Of a DNA stretch of 64,000 nt, positions 39,502 to 48,069 are shown in pieces (position 1 is the stretch's first letter; each line of letters starts with the position of its first letter). Source of the DNA: Clostridia bacterium (GTDB lineage: Bacteria > Bacillota > Clostridia > Christensenellales > CAG-917); contig JAFZVB010000004.1 in assembly GCA_017618055.1 (NCBI GenBank), forward strand, positions 28,601-92,600, in the 5' to 3' direction. The notes under the pieces were generated by a model, which did no database searches, was not told the origin of the DNA, and saw nothing but the letters and a program-made list of their open reading frames with translations. Made by a program: the position numbers and the translations under genes.

Positions 39502-39654
39502 TAAGTAAAACATACTAAAACACTACATTTAGTTGAAAATATTATTGTTTATAATAATATATTGTGTTTTTCAAAAGTTTTCTACTTGTCAACATACATT
39601 ATATTATGTTATTATTATTTAGAAATAAAAATATTAAATTATAAGGCGTGAAAA

Positions 39655-40758
39655 ATGAAAGTAATTTGTAATGGAACAGAATTAAGCGAAGCTTTATCAA
39701 AAGTAATTAAAGCATTACCAGTTAAAAGAATTAATCCTATTTTAGATGGTATTAAATTAAAGGCAAAAGGTGACGTATTATCTTTATACGCATCAGATCT
39801 TGAATTATCTATCGAAAAGACAATTAATGCTGAAGTATTAATCGAAGGTGAGATAGTTGTTCCTGGAAAAACATTTGAAGAATATGTAAGACAAATCAAA
39901 GATGAAGACAAAATTACTTTAGATGCAACTGAAAAGTTAAATCTTAATGTTTCATATTTAGATAGTTATGTAAAATTCAAATGCTATAATGCAAACGAAT
40001 ATCCAGTATACAAAGATGTATCTCAAGACGAAAGTTTTGTAATATACAAAAAAGATTTCAAAGCATTAATCGAAAAAATAGTTTACTGTGTAGCTACAGA
40101 TGATTCTAGACCAGCACTTAAAGCATGTTGCTTAAATATCAAAGAAACAGAAATTGAAGGTGTTGCAAGTGATGGATTCAGATTAGCATTTGTAAGAAAG
40201 ACTATTCAAAACAATGGACAAGAAAAACAAATACTTGTACCAGCAAAGAGTTTAACTGAAATTGGGAAATTAATAGATGATGGCGATGAAACAATGACAG
40301 TTTATGTAGAATCTAACTACATGATGATTGATTTATTCCATACAAAAGTCATCACAAGATTAATTAATGAAGCATATATTAATTATGACAAAATTATTCC
40401 AACAGATTTCACAACTGAAGTTACAATAGATAAGAATTTATTACAAAAAGCAATCAACCGTGTTAATGTAATTAACAAAGCTGAAAAGAGAGGAGTTGTA
40501 AAGATTGAAATTAAAGAAGATGTTGCTTACTTTACAACAAATACAAGTGATGGTGATGTTAATGAAAAGATTTCTATCGGTTTAAAGGGAAAAGATTTAT
40601 TAATTGGATTTAATCCAAAATATATCTCTGAATGTTTAAATGCAACCAATGATTCATTTGTAACAATGTTCTTTAAGACATCCACATCACCTGCAATTAT
40701 CAAAGGTGAAGATGATAGTTGGCAATACTTAATTTTACCATTAAGAATTTCAGCATAA
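39655..40758 (+). CDS. dnaN: DNA polymerase III beta subunit (sliding clamp)
   Basis: 367 aa with a three-domain clamp pattern (MKVICNGTELSEAL..., ATDDSRPAL, ATDGFRLA-like SDGFRLA, C-terminal LILPLRI). Confidence 0.95.
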   Translation: MKVICNGTELSEALSKVIKALPVKRINPILDGIKLKAKGDVLSLYASDLELSIEKTINAEVLIEGEIVVPGKTFEEYVRQIKDEDKITLDATEKLNLNVSYLDSYVKFKCYNANEYPVYKDVSQDESFVIYKKDFKALIEKIVYCVATDDSRPALKACCLNIKETEIEGVASDGFRLAFVRKTIQNNGQEKQILVPAKSLTEIGKLIDDGDETMTVYVESNYMMIDLFHTKVITRLINEAYINYDKIIPTDFTTEVTIDKNLLQKAINRVNVINKAEKRGVVKIEIKEDVAYFTTNTSDGDVNEKISIGLKGKDLLIGFNPKYISECLNATNDSFVTMFFKTSTSPAIIKGEDDSWQYLILPLRISA

Positions 40759-40778
40759 TATTAATTTAGTATGATAAG

Positions 40779-40810
40779 AGCAGGATCTGTTAAAAGGATC
40801 TTGCTTTTTC
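40779..40810 (+). terminator. rho-independent terminator after dnaN
   Basis: AGCAGGATC, 9-nt loop, GATCTTGCT (one G-U pair), then TTTTT. Confidence 0.65.
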
Positions 40811-40816
40811 ATTATT

Positions 40817-41602
40817 ATGGGAAAAATAATTACATACAAAACTGAAGAAAAAATAATTAATTTAGATGGAAAAAGTATAAAATATACTTTGTTATTTAAA
40901 AATGTTAAAAATTTAACATGTAGATTTAAAAATTATGAAAACAAGTTATATGTAATAGCTCCAGCAAATTATAGTTATACAAAAATAGAAAAATTCTTAC
41001 AAGAACATAAAAGAGCAATATTAAATTGGGTAGAAAAATCCAATCAACAAAAATTCAATTTAACAAGAGATTTTGTAGATGGAGAAAAATATTTATTACT
41101 TGGACAAGAATATTTATTAAAAATAAATAAAGTAGATAAAAAGCAAGAAGAAGGAATAAGTTTTGATGCCAATTATTTAGTTCTCAAAACTACAAAAGAT
41201 GAAAAAGAATATAAGCGCAAAATTTTAGAAAAATACTATAAAAATATTGCTCAAAGAATCATCTCAGAAGAGTTCCAAAAATTAAAGAATAAATATAGTG
41301 GAAAAATACCTAATTCTAGTGAATATTCCTTATTTATAAGGAAAATGAAAACAAAATGGGGTTTAAATAATTCTAAAACAAGAACTATAACAATAGGATT
41401 TCATTTGATATTTGCATGTATTGAAGATATAGATTATGTAATCATTCATGAACTCTGTCATTGTGCCGTTAGAGATCATAGTAAATTATTCTATTCATAT
41501 CAAGGGATGCTTTGTCCAGATTACCAAGAAAGAAAACGTGATTTAAACAAAAATATTCACCCATTTATATGTCAAATAGAGATGTTAGGCTCGTTAATAT
41601 AA
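40817..41602 (+). CDS. YgjP/DUF45-type (M48-like, SprT-like) zinc metallopeptidase
   Basis: 261 aa with the zincin motif IIHELCHCAVRDHS, preceded by WGLNNSKTRTITIGFHL, which is typical of DUF45. Confidence 0.7.
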   Translation: MGKIITYKTEEKIINLDGKSIKYTLLFKNVKNLTCRFKNYENKLYVIAPANYSYTKIEKFLQEHKRAILNWVEKSNQQKFNLTRDFVDGEKYLLLGQEYLLKINKVDKKQEEGISFDANYLVLKTTKDEKEYKRKILEKYYKNIAQRIISEEFQKLKNKYSGKIPNSSEYSLFIRKMKTKWGLNNSKTRTITIGFHLIFACIEDIDYVIIHELCHCAVRDHSKLFYSYQGMLCPDYQERKRDLNKNIHPFICQIEMLGSLI

Positions 41603-41675
41603 AAAACGTTGTACATTTTTATATTAATTTGTGGTAAAATATATGGTAATGATTTAAATTAGAAAGGTTTAATTT

Positions 41676-44600
41676 ATGAAAGGTAAGGGGAAAATACTAA
41701 TTTTATTACTAGTTTGCTTAATTATTATTTTATCAATAATTATGGTTTCTTGTAATAAAAACAAAAGCACAGGCAGCAGTTCAAGTTCAGATGAACAAGA
41801 AATAGTTGTACCTGGAAAAGATATTAATTTTACGGTTTCATTTTATTTTTTACCAACAGATACAGAACCATATGCAACACTAACAGTTAAAAGTGGTAAT
41901 AAAATAAAAGCTAGCGATATTCCAACCAATCCCGAAAGAAATGGATATAAATTTGGTGGTTGGTATAAAACAACATCTTTCTCTCCTGGCGATGAATTCA
42001 ACCAAAATTCAGTAATAGGCAAAGATATTAAATTATATGCCTATTGGATAGCACCTTTCACAATTACTTTCTATGAAGACTTATATGATGGAGTTGTAAA
42101 TAAAACAATTACTCGCTTCTCAGATCAAACAATAGATCAAAGCGAAATATATACACCTGAAAAAACAAACTATGAGTTTGGTGGTTGGTATGAAGATGAG
42201 AATTGTTCAACTCCTTATGTTTTTGATGAACACTTAACTCGTAATATTGTATTATATGCAAAATGGAATTCAACATCTGCTAAATTGTATTATGTAACCA
42301 ATACTAAAAAAATAAGAATCCCAGATGAAAAACATGACAAAGAAACAGAGTTTGATCTAACTATACCCAACAATATAGATGGAGCAATTTTTATTGCGTG
42401 GTGCAAAGATAGAGAATTGACTCAAATTATAAATGACAGCAAATTTATTATTTATGAAGATACAACAATATATGCAAAGTGGGAGTTTAATCACAATCAT
42501 TCATATGAAATCGCGATGACGATTATACGAGATGCTACTTGTACAGAAGATGGTAGTATAGCATATTGTTGTTCCACATGTGGATATTATGAAAATGAAG
42601 AAACAATATCAGCATTAGGCCATAATAAATATGAAGGTGAATATTATAATGGAGGTACATATCATTATCATAAGTGTTTAAGATGTGGTGAAGAGTTAGA
42701 TAAAAAGGCTCACACATTTAATGAAGGAGAAATAAGTATTCCAGCGACATGTACTGAAATTGGAGAAAAAACATATTCTTGTACAATTTGTAGTGCAACC
42801 AAAAAAGAAGAAATATCAGCATTAGGTCATAATCCAGATAACAATAACTGGACCAGCGATGAAACAAATCACTGGCATGCATGTTTAAATGGATGCGAAG
42901 AACACTTTGATGAACATGAACACCATAAAGTTAGAGATGAGTCTAAAGATCATACCTCAACATCTTGTGCAGAGCCCAATGTTGTAGGATGGAAGTGTTC
43001 CATTTGTAATGCCGATTTGTCAGATGTTTCTCAAGCGAAACCGCATAATGTTGTTGCAAGAGTATATGAGAGCAATGATACACAGCATTGGCAGGTGTGT
43101 ACTGAATGTCATAATGATGTAAATATTGAAAATCATGCATTCACATTAGATCGTGATCATAGTATAGCTGCAACATGTCAACATACAGGTATTGATAAGT
43201 ATATTTGTTCAATTTGTGGATATGAAAAAGAAGAAATTGTCCCAAAAAAATCACATTCACTTAAGTGGGCAACAAATACAACAAACTGTCTTACGGATGA
43301 ACAAAAAGCACTTTGTGATATTTATCACTTTAGATATTGTGAAAATTGCAATAGAGTATTTGATGAATCTAAAGAAGAGCACATAATAGATTGGACCGAT
43401 GTGCGCAAACCAGGACACCCAGGTACCATTACAATAAGGGAGAAATCAACTTGTACTACACATGGGAGAGCGGATGTGACCTGTAAGAAATGTGGACAAA
43501 CACATTATGATGTTGAGATGCCATTATTATCACATGATTGGATTCAAGATACTGATTTAACAATTGAGGCCACTTGCTTGCAGGATGGGCAGAAACATTT
43601 TACATGCCAAAATTGTGGCGAGACAAAAATAGAAATAGTTAAAGCCGATCATGATTATCAAATACAATCCGAAACACCTAAGTCATGTACAATTGATGGA
43701 AGCAGGGTATTAAAATGTACAGTTTGTGGTGATACTAAAACAGAAATTATACCGGCTGGACATACTTTTGGGAATTATACATATAATGAAACTCATCATT
43801 GGCACATATGCCAAAATGATAGTAATCTCCCTGGAAGTTGTGGAAATTTATCATATGACAATGGTGAACATGACTTTGAGTTAGTAATACAAAATACTCC
43901 AACAAACTGTGAAGATGAAGTATCTGTAATACATAGGTGTAAGATATGTCAGTATTATTATACTGAAACAACAACAGGAATTGGTCATAACTGGGATAAT
44001 GGTACTATTATTGCAGAACCAAGTTGTACAGATCCAGGATATAAAGAATACACCTGTTTGAAGTGCGGCAAGATTCATACTGAAACATTTGGAGCACCTC
44101 TTGGACATAATTGGAATGATGGTGTAGTTACAACAGATCCAACATGTACAGCAACTGGTGTTAAGACATACACATGTACAAGATGTGGAACAACAAGAAC
44201 CGAACCAGTAGATGCACTCGGCCATGATTGGGATGAAGGCACTATTACACAACCTCCAACCTGTATCGTTCCTGGCGTCAAGACATATGAATGTAAGAGA
44301 TGTCATTTAACAAGAACAGAAACTATTCCAGTAATAGACCACGATTGGGGTGAAGGAGAAATAACCTTAGACTCAACATGTACAGCAACAGGTATTAGAA
44401 CATATACTTGCTCAATGTGTCATGATACAAGAACTGAAATTATTCCAATGAAACCTCACACATATGCAGATGAACCTGTTATAAATAGATATCCAACCTG
44501 TACGGAAGAAGGCGAGAGAGCATTCGAATGTACGGTATGTCATCAACAAATCACAGAACCAATACCAGCATTGGGCCATAGTTGGAATTCTGGCACACAA

Positions 44601-46409
44601 ACAACAGACCCAACCTGTACACAACAAGGTGTAATGACATATGAATGTACAAGATGCCATATAACAAAGACTGAACCGGTAGATCCACTTGGTCATGATT
44701 ATCATGATTCAGTAACTGCACCAACCTGTACAGAAAGAGGATATACAACACATACATGTTCAAGATGTGGAGATAATTATAAAGATACATATGTAGACGC
44801 ATTAGGCCATGCTTGGAATGATGGCGTAGTTACAACAGATCCAACATGTACAGCAACTGGTGTTAAGACATATACATGTACAAGATGTTCAGCAACAAGG
44901 ACAGAATCTGTTCCAATGGTTCCACATACATATGGAACAACATGGACATATTTAGATGAAGACCACGATGCATTACAATGTCAGGTCTGTGGACAAGTTA
45001 AAGAAACAAGAGCACATGATTATGATGGATATTGCTGTAAGTATTGTCACCATTACTTATTACAAAACTATATCGAGAAGTTTACAACACATGGTGCACA
45101 AAGCGATCCAATTGTTATTGAAAGTGAAGATGAGTTCATTATGTTCTTAGACTACATCTTGTCTAACTACATAACTACAAGTAAATTCTTCAAGGTTGGA
45201 GGAGACTTTGCAACAGCTCTTAATGCACAAGGCAAAAACCTAACATTAAAGAAAACCTATGAAGATTTAATAGCAACATATCAGAGCAAGGTTACAATGC
45301 CTGTCCCATCATATAGCGGAGCATGGTATAGTGGAAACTATTCAATGGGTATTAAGTGGTATCTTCAAATTGAAGGTGCAGAGGTTAACTACAATACATA
45401 TATTTCAACCGAAGGTGGAGAAGGATATGGTACTATCTACTATGATGTTGGAAATACATGGTATGAAGATTTAGAGGGTGCAAACTTGCCTCAACAAGAC
45501 TATTACTTCAGCGATTATAGTTCTTCTAGAACTAACTCATTCGATGAGTTCAAATATAAGGAATATACAACCGAATTCAATTGTGCAACATCAGACCAAG
45601 TAGTATATGCACTAGAACATTATATGAAACCAGTATGCACAGGAAGAGCATTAAGCATAGTTAATAGAGCAAAGACTATCTTAAGAGAAATAGTAGATGA
45701 TGACATGTCAGACTACGAGAAAGTCAAAGCAATATATAAGTGGATTGTTTCAAACGTAACATATGATAATGCAGTACTAGATCCAAACAACTTATATGAT
45801 TCCACAGATGATAATGGATGGGTACACTTTGCTTCATGGTTTGCAGAAGGTGCTCTAGACTACGGATATGCAGTATGTGATGGTATTTCTAAGGCATTCG
45901 TAATCCTTACAGGATTAGAGGGTATAAGAAGCGTAAGAATTTCTAGCCACGCAGCAGCACATGCTTGGAACAAAGTATTTATAGATACAAATGCAGATGG
46001 AGTTGGTGAATGGTATGTTGTAGATGCAACCTGGGGCAACTTGGCTATTACAGGAACTGGAATTGAAATCTATGATGCAAGCCACTTCTTAATTAGTGAT
46101 GCACAAAAGACAGCACAGGGATGTGCTGGAGATAATTACACCGACATTGTGGCGACAACAACATATAACTATTATTTAACAGAAACATTTGAATATAATT
46201 CAACAACATACGATTTATACATTGAAAATGCAGCAGAATTGCAAGCACTAAAGAATTATATGCAAGACAATGATTCAAAAACAACAACATACAAAACCAT
46301 CTCAATATTCATTGTTGGAACACTAGAACCAACGGGAATGGTTGTGGAAGGCATAAATGCAACAATTAATGGAGTTAATGGAAAATATTATATTTTGATA
46401 ATATCTTAA
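41676..46409 (+). CDS. giant surface lipoprotein: Listeria-Bacteroides-type repeats + about 16 Cys3-His modules + C-terminal transglutaminase-like domain
   Basis: 1577 aa with lipobox IMVSC-NKNK. The N-terminal repeats contain GYKFGGWY and YEFGGWYED. The central modules are listed in the repeat feature below. The C-terminus has a transglutaminase-core Cys/His/Asp context (YAVCDGISKAF ... HAWNKVF ... VVDATWGN). Confidence 0.7.
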   Translation: MKGKGKILILLLVCLIIILSIIMVSCNKNKSTGSSSSSDEQEIVVPGKDINFTVSFYFLPTDTEPYATLTVKSGNKIKASDIPTNPERNGYKFGGWYKTTSFSPGDEFNQNSVIGKDIKLYAYWIAPFTITFYEDLYDGVVNKTITRFSDQTIDQSEIYTPEKTNYEFGGWYEDENCSTPYVFDEHLTRNIVLYAKWNSTSAKLYYVTNTKKIRIPDEKHDKETEFDLTIPNNIDGAIFIAWCKDRELTQIINDSKFIIYEDTTIYAKWEFNHNHSYEIAMTIIRDATCTEDGSIAYCCSTCGYYENEETISALGHNKYEGEYYNGGTYHYHKCLRCGEELDKKAHTFNEGEISIPATCTEIGEKTYSCTICSATKKEEISALGHNPDNNNWTSDETNHWHACLNGCEEHFDEHEHHKVRDESKDHTSTSCAEPNVVGWKCSICNADLSDVSQAKPHNVVARVYESNDTQHWQVCTECHNDVNIENHAFTLDRDHSIAATCQHTGIDKYICSICGYEKEEIVPKKSHSLKWATNTTNCLTDEQKALCDIYHFRYCENCNRVFDESKEEHIIDWTDVRKPGHPGTITIREKSTCTTHGRADVTCKKCGQTHYDVEMPLLSHDWIQDTDLTIEATCLQDGQKHFTCQNCGETKIEIVKADHDYQIQSETPKSCTIDGSRVLKCTVCGDTKTEIIPAGHTFGNYTYNETHHWHICQNDSNLPGSCGNLSYDNGEHDFELVIQNTPTNCEDEVSVIHRCKICQYYYTETTTGIGHNWDNGTIIAEPSCTDPGYKEYTCLKCGKIHTETFGAPLGHNWNDGVVTTDPTCTATGVKTYTCTRCGTTRTEPVDALGHDWDEGTITQPPTCIVPGVKTYECKRCHLTRTETIPVIDHDWGEGEITLDSTCTATGIRTYTCSMCHDTRTEIIPMKPHTYADEPVINRYPTCTEEGERAFECTVCHQQITEPIPALGHSWNSGTQTTDPTCTQQGVMTYECTRCHITKTEPVDPLGHDYHDSVTAPTCTERGYTTHTCSRCGDNYKDTYVDALGHAWNDGVVTTDPTCTATGVKTYTCTRCSATRTESVPMVPHTYGTTWTYLDEDHDALQCQVCGQVKETRAHDYDGYCCKYCHHYLLQNYIEKFTTHGAQSDPIVIESEDEFIMFLDYILSNYITTSKFFKVGGDFATALNAQGKNLTLKKTYEDLIATYQSKVTMPVPSYSGAWYSGNYSMGIKWYLQIEGAEVNYNTYISTEGGEGYGTIYYDVGNTWYEDLEGANLPQQDYYFSDYSSSRTNSFDEFKYKEYTTEFNCATSDQVVYALEHYMKPVCTGRALSIVNRAKTILREIVDDDMSDYEKVKAIYKWIVSNVTYDNAVLDPNNLYDSTDDNGWVHFASWFAEGALDYGYAVCDGISKAFVILTGLEGIRSVRISSHAAAHAWNKVFIDTNADGVGEWYVVDATWGNLAITGTGIEIYDASHFLISDAQKTAQGCAGDNYTDIVATTTYNYYLTETFEYNSTTYDLYIENAAELQALKNYMQDNDSKTTTYKTISIFIVGTLEPTGMVVEGINATINGVNGKYYILIIS
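42531..44933 (+). repeat. array of about 16 degenerate 33-45-aa modules C-x10-11-C-x2-C-x10-14-H (protein-level tandem repeat)
   Basis: Example modules: DPTCTATGVKTYTCTRCGTTRTEPVDALGHDW, PPTCIVPGVKTYECKRCHLTRTETIPVIDHDW and YPTCTEEGERAFECTVCHQQITEPIPALGHSW. Two module-encoding stretches, 44111-44186 and 44813-44888, match at 74 of 76 nt and lie 702 nt apart. Confidence 0.75.
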
Positions 46410-46485
46410 CTAACTTGACATTAAAAAATATTAAATATATATTATATAGCACTATAAAAAGCGCACACGTGCGTAGGAGGAAGCA

Positions 46486-47289
46486 ATGTTAAAGCGTAAT
46501 CTCGAAAAGATCTTTACAACAGCCGCAACAATTCTTGCCTTGATTTTAATAATTATATTATTAGTAATCGCATATGGCGGAATAGATGCAAACGATTTAG
46601 ACAATAGCTTAGTAAAAGGATTATTCATTACATTGGCAATTATCTTCGGATTATTGGCAACAACAGCCTTAGTTCTTATATTCATTAATGATGATGCAAT
46701 TAAAGAAATCACATTAAGAACAGACAGTGCACAAAAGACAAGAGTAACTGTATTCGCAGTTAAGAAATTAGTCGTTAAGGCATGTACATCAATAGAAGGT
46801 GTAAAGTGTAAAGGAATCAAACTTTCAACATCAGATTATGGTGTAAAACTTAAGGTTAAAGTATCTGTAAAAGAAAAAGATGTAGAACAAGTTGAAGCAT
46901 ATGTACGTAATATGATCACAGACATCTTTGCTAATGCATTAGGATTTGCATTCAGCGCAATCGAAATCGAAATTATGAAGTTCGAGCCTGCATACAAACC
47001 AGATGTTGCAGCAGTTATCGCTAAAGCAGATGCTGAATTACAACAAAAGAAAGAAGAGAAAGCAGAACAAGCAACAGTTGATGAAATAATAGCTCCTTTA
47101 TTAGAGGAGACAGCAGAAGATACTGTTGAGGAAGCCGTAGAAGAGACTCCAGTTGAAGAAGTTGCTTCTGTAGCAGAGGAGACAACAGTAGATACTGTTG
47201 AGGAAGTCGTAGAAGAGGCTCCAGTAGTAGAAGCTCAAGCAGAAGAAACTATTGAAACAGTAGTTGAAGAACCAAAAGACGAAGAATAA
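46486..47289 (+). CDS. membrane-anchored Asp23/AmaP-like protein with acidic repeat tail
   Basis: 267 aa with two N-terminal TM helices, then an Asp23-like segment (VFAVKKLVVKACTSIEGVKCKGIKL...VKLKVKVSV...VEAYVRNMITD). The E/V/T-rich tail is encoded by a 72-nt tandem duplication (47104-47247). Confidence 0.45.
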   Translation: MLKRNLEKIFTTAATILALILIIILLVIAYGGIDANDLDNSLVKGLFITLAIIFGLLATTALVLIFINDDAIKEITLRTDSAQKTRVTVFAVKKLVVKACTSIEGVKCKGIKLSTSDYGVKLKVKVSVKEKDVEQVEAYVRNMITDIFANALGFAFSAIEIEIMKFEPAYKPDVAAVIAKADAELQQKKEEKAEQATVDEIIAPLLEETAEDTVEEAVEETPVEEVASVAEETTVDTVEEVVEEAPVVEAQAEETIETVVEEPKDEE

Positions 47290-47378
47290 TAACAAACAAT
47301 AAAACTAAATAAAAAAGGCAGAATCCAGAAACGGATTCCGTCTTAAAATTATAGGGCTAGTCCCAAATGAGGTATATT

Positions 47379-48068
47379 ATGGCAAGACCAAAGAAAGATG
47401 ACACAGCAAAGAAAGATTCAAAAGGAATCAAATTTAGTGATGCACAATTTTATGCAGATGAGAACGGAATAAGCGTTGAAGTTATTGATAAGTTCTTTTC
47501 TATCGCACAAAAGCACGATGTCTTAACAGATAAAGACAAAAAAATCATCGCAGAACAAGCAAAATTCTATCTCTTAAAAGGCGAAGATGATATCCAAGCA
47601 ATGAGAAAGAAAGATACACATAAGATATCTGCAACAGACATTGTTTATTCTGAAGAAGGTTATAGAGAAGCAAAAATGGAACTCTATATCTTAAAGACAT
47701 GGAAACAAGGCAAATGCGAAGAACAAATTGGTATCGCAAGATCCTATGGTGACTTATCTGAAAACGCAGAATATGATGCAGCTAAGGAAGAACAAACTAA
47801 GACAGCAAACAAAATCTTAGAAATTGAAGATCAACTCAAGCACGCTGTTATCACAGACAATGAAATTGTAACAATTAAGTTCGATGGTGAAGATGAAGAA
47901 GAAACATTCGAGATTTGTGGTACAACAGAAGCAAATCCAGAAGAAAATAAGATTTCAAATCAATCTCCACTTGCAAAAGCTTTAGCAGGCAAAAAGGCTG
48001 GAGACATCGTTGAATACGAAGCTCCATCTGGAATAATTAAAGTCCAAATCATTAAAAAAGAAAAATAA
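47379..48068 (+). CDS. greA: GreA-family transcription elongation factor with about 90-aa N-terminal extension
   Basis: GreA core ARSYGDLSENAEYDAAKEEQ and C-terminal domain ISNQSPLAKALAGKKAGD. I prefer ATG 47379 (GAGG 6 nt upstream) over the ORF-track start 47367. Adjacent to lysS, as is common in Firmicutes. Confidence 0.7.
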   Translation: MARPKKDDTAKKDSKGIKFSDAQFYADENGISVEVIDKFFSIAQKHDVLTDKDKKIIAEQAKFYLLKGEDDIQAMRKKDTHKISATDIVYSEEGYREAKMELYILKTWKQGKCEEQIGIARSYGDLSENAEYDAAKEEQTKTANKILEIEDQLKHAVITDNEIVTIKFDGEDEEETFEICGTTEANPEENKISNQSPLAKALAGKKAGDIVEYEAPSGIIKVQIIKKEK

Positions 48069-48069
48069 T

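Noticed and set aside
39639-39911. 90-aa minus-strand ORF at the dnaN start
   Set aside because: Antisense to the well-supported dnaN 5' end and extending into its promoter.
43881-44306. 141-aa, 97-aa and 83-aa antisense ORFs inside the Cys-repeat gene
   Set aside because: Cys-rich antisense artefacts of the repeated ACA/TGT-rich sense codons. They lack an SD and are nested in a 1577-aa ORF with a coherent domain structure.
46452-46820. 122-aa minus-strand ORF overlapping the Asp23/AmaP-like gene
   Set aside because: The plus-strand frame has an SD (AGGAGG), TM helices and a family-like core. The minus-strand frame has none of these.
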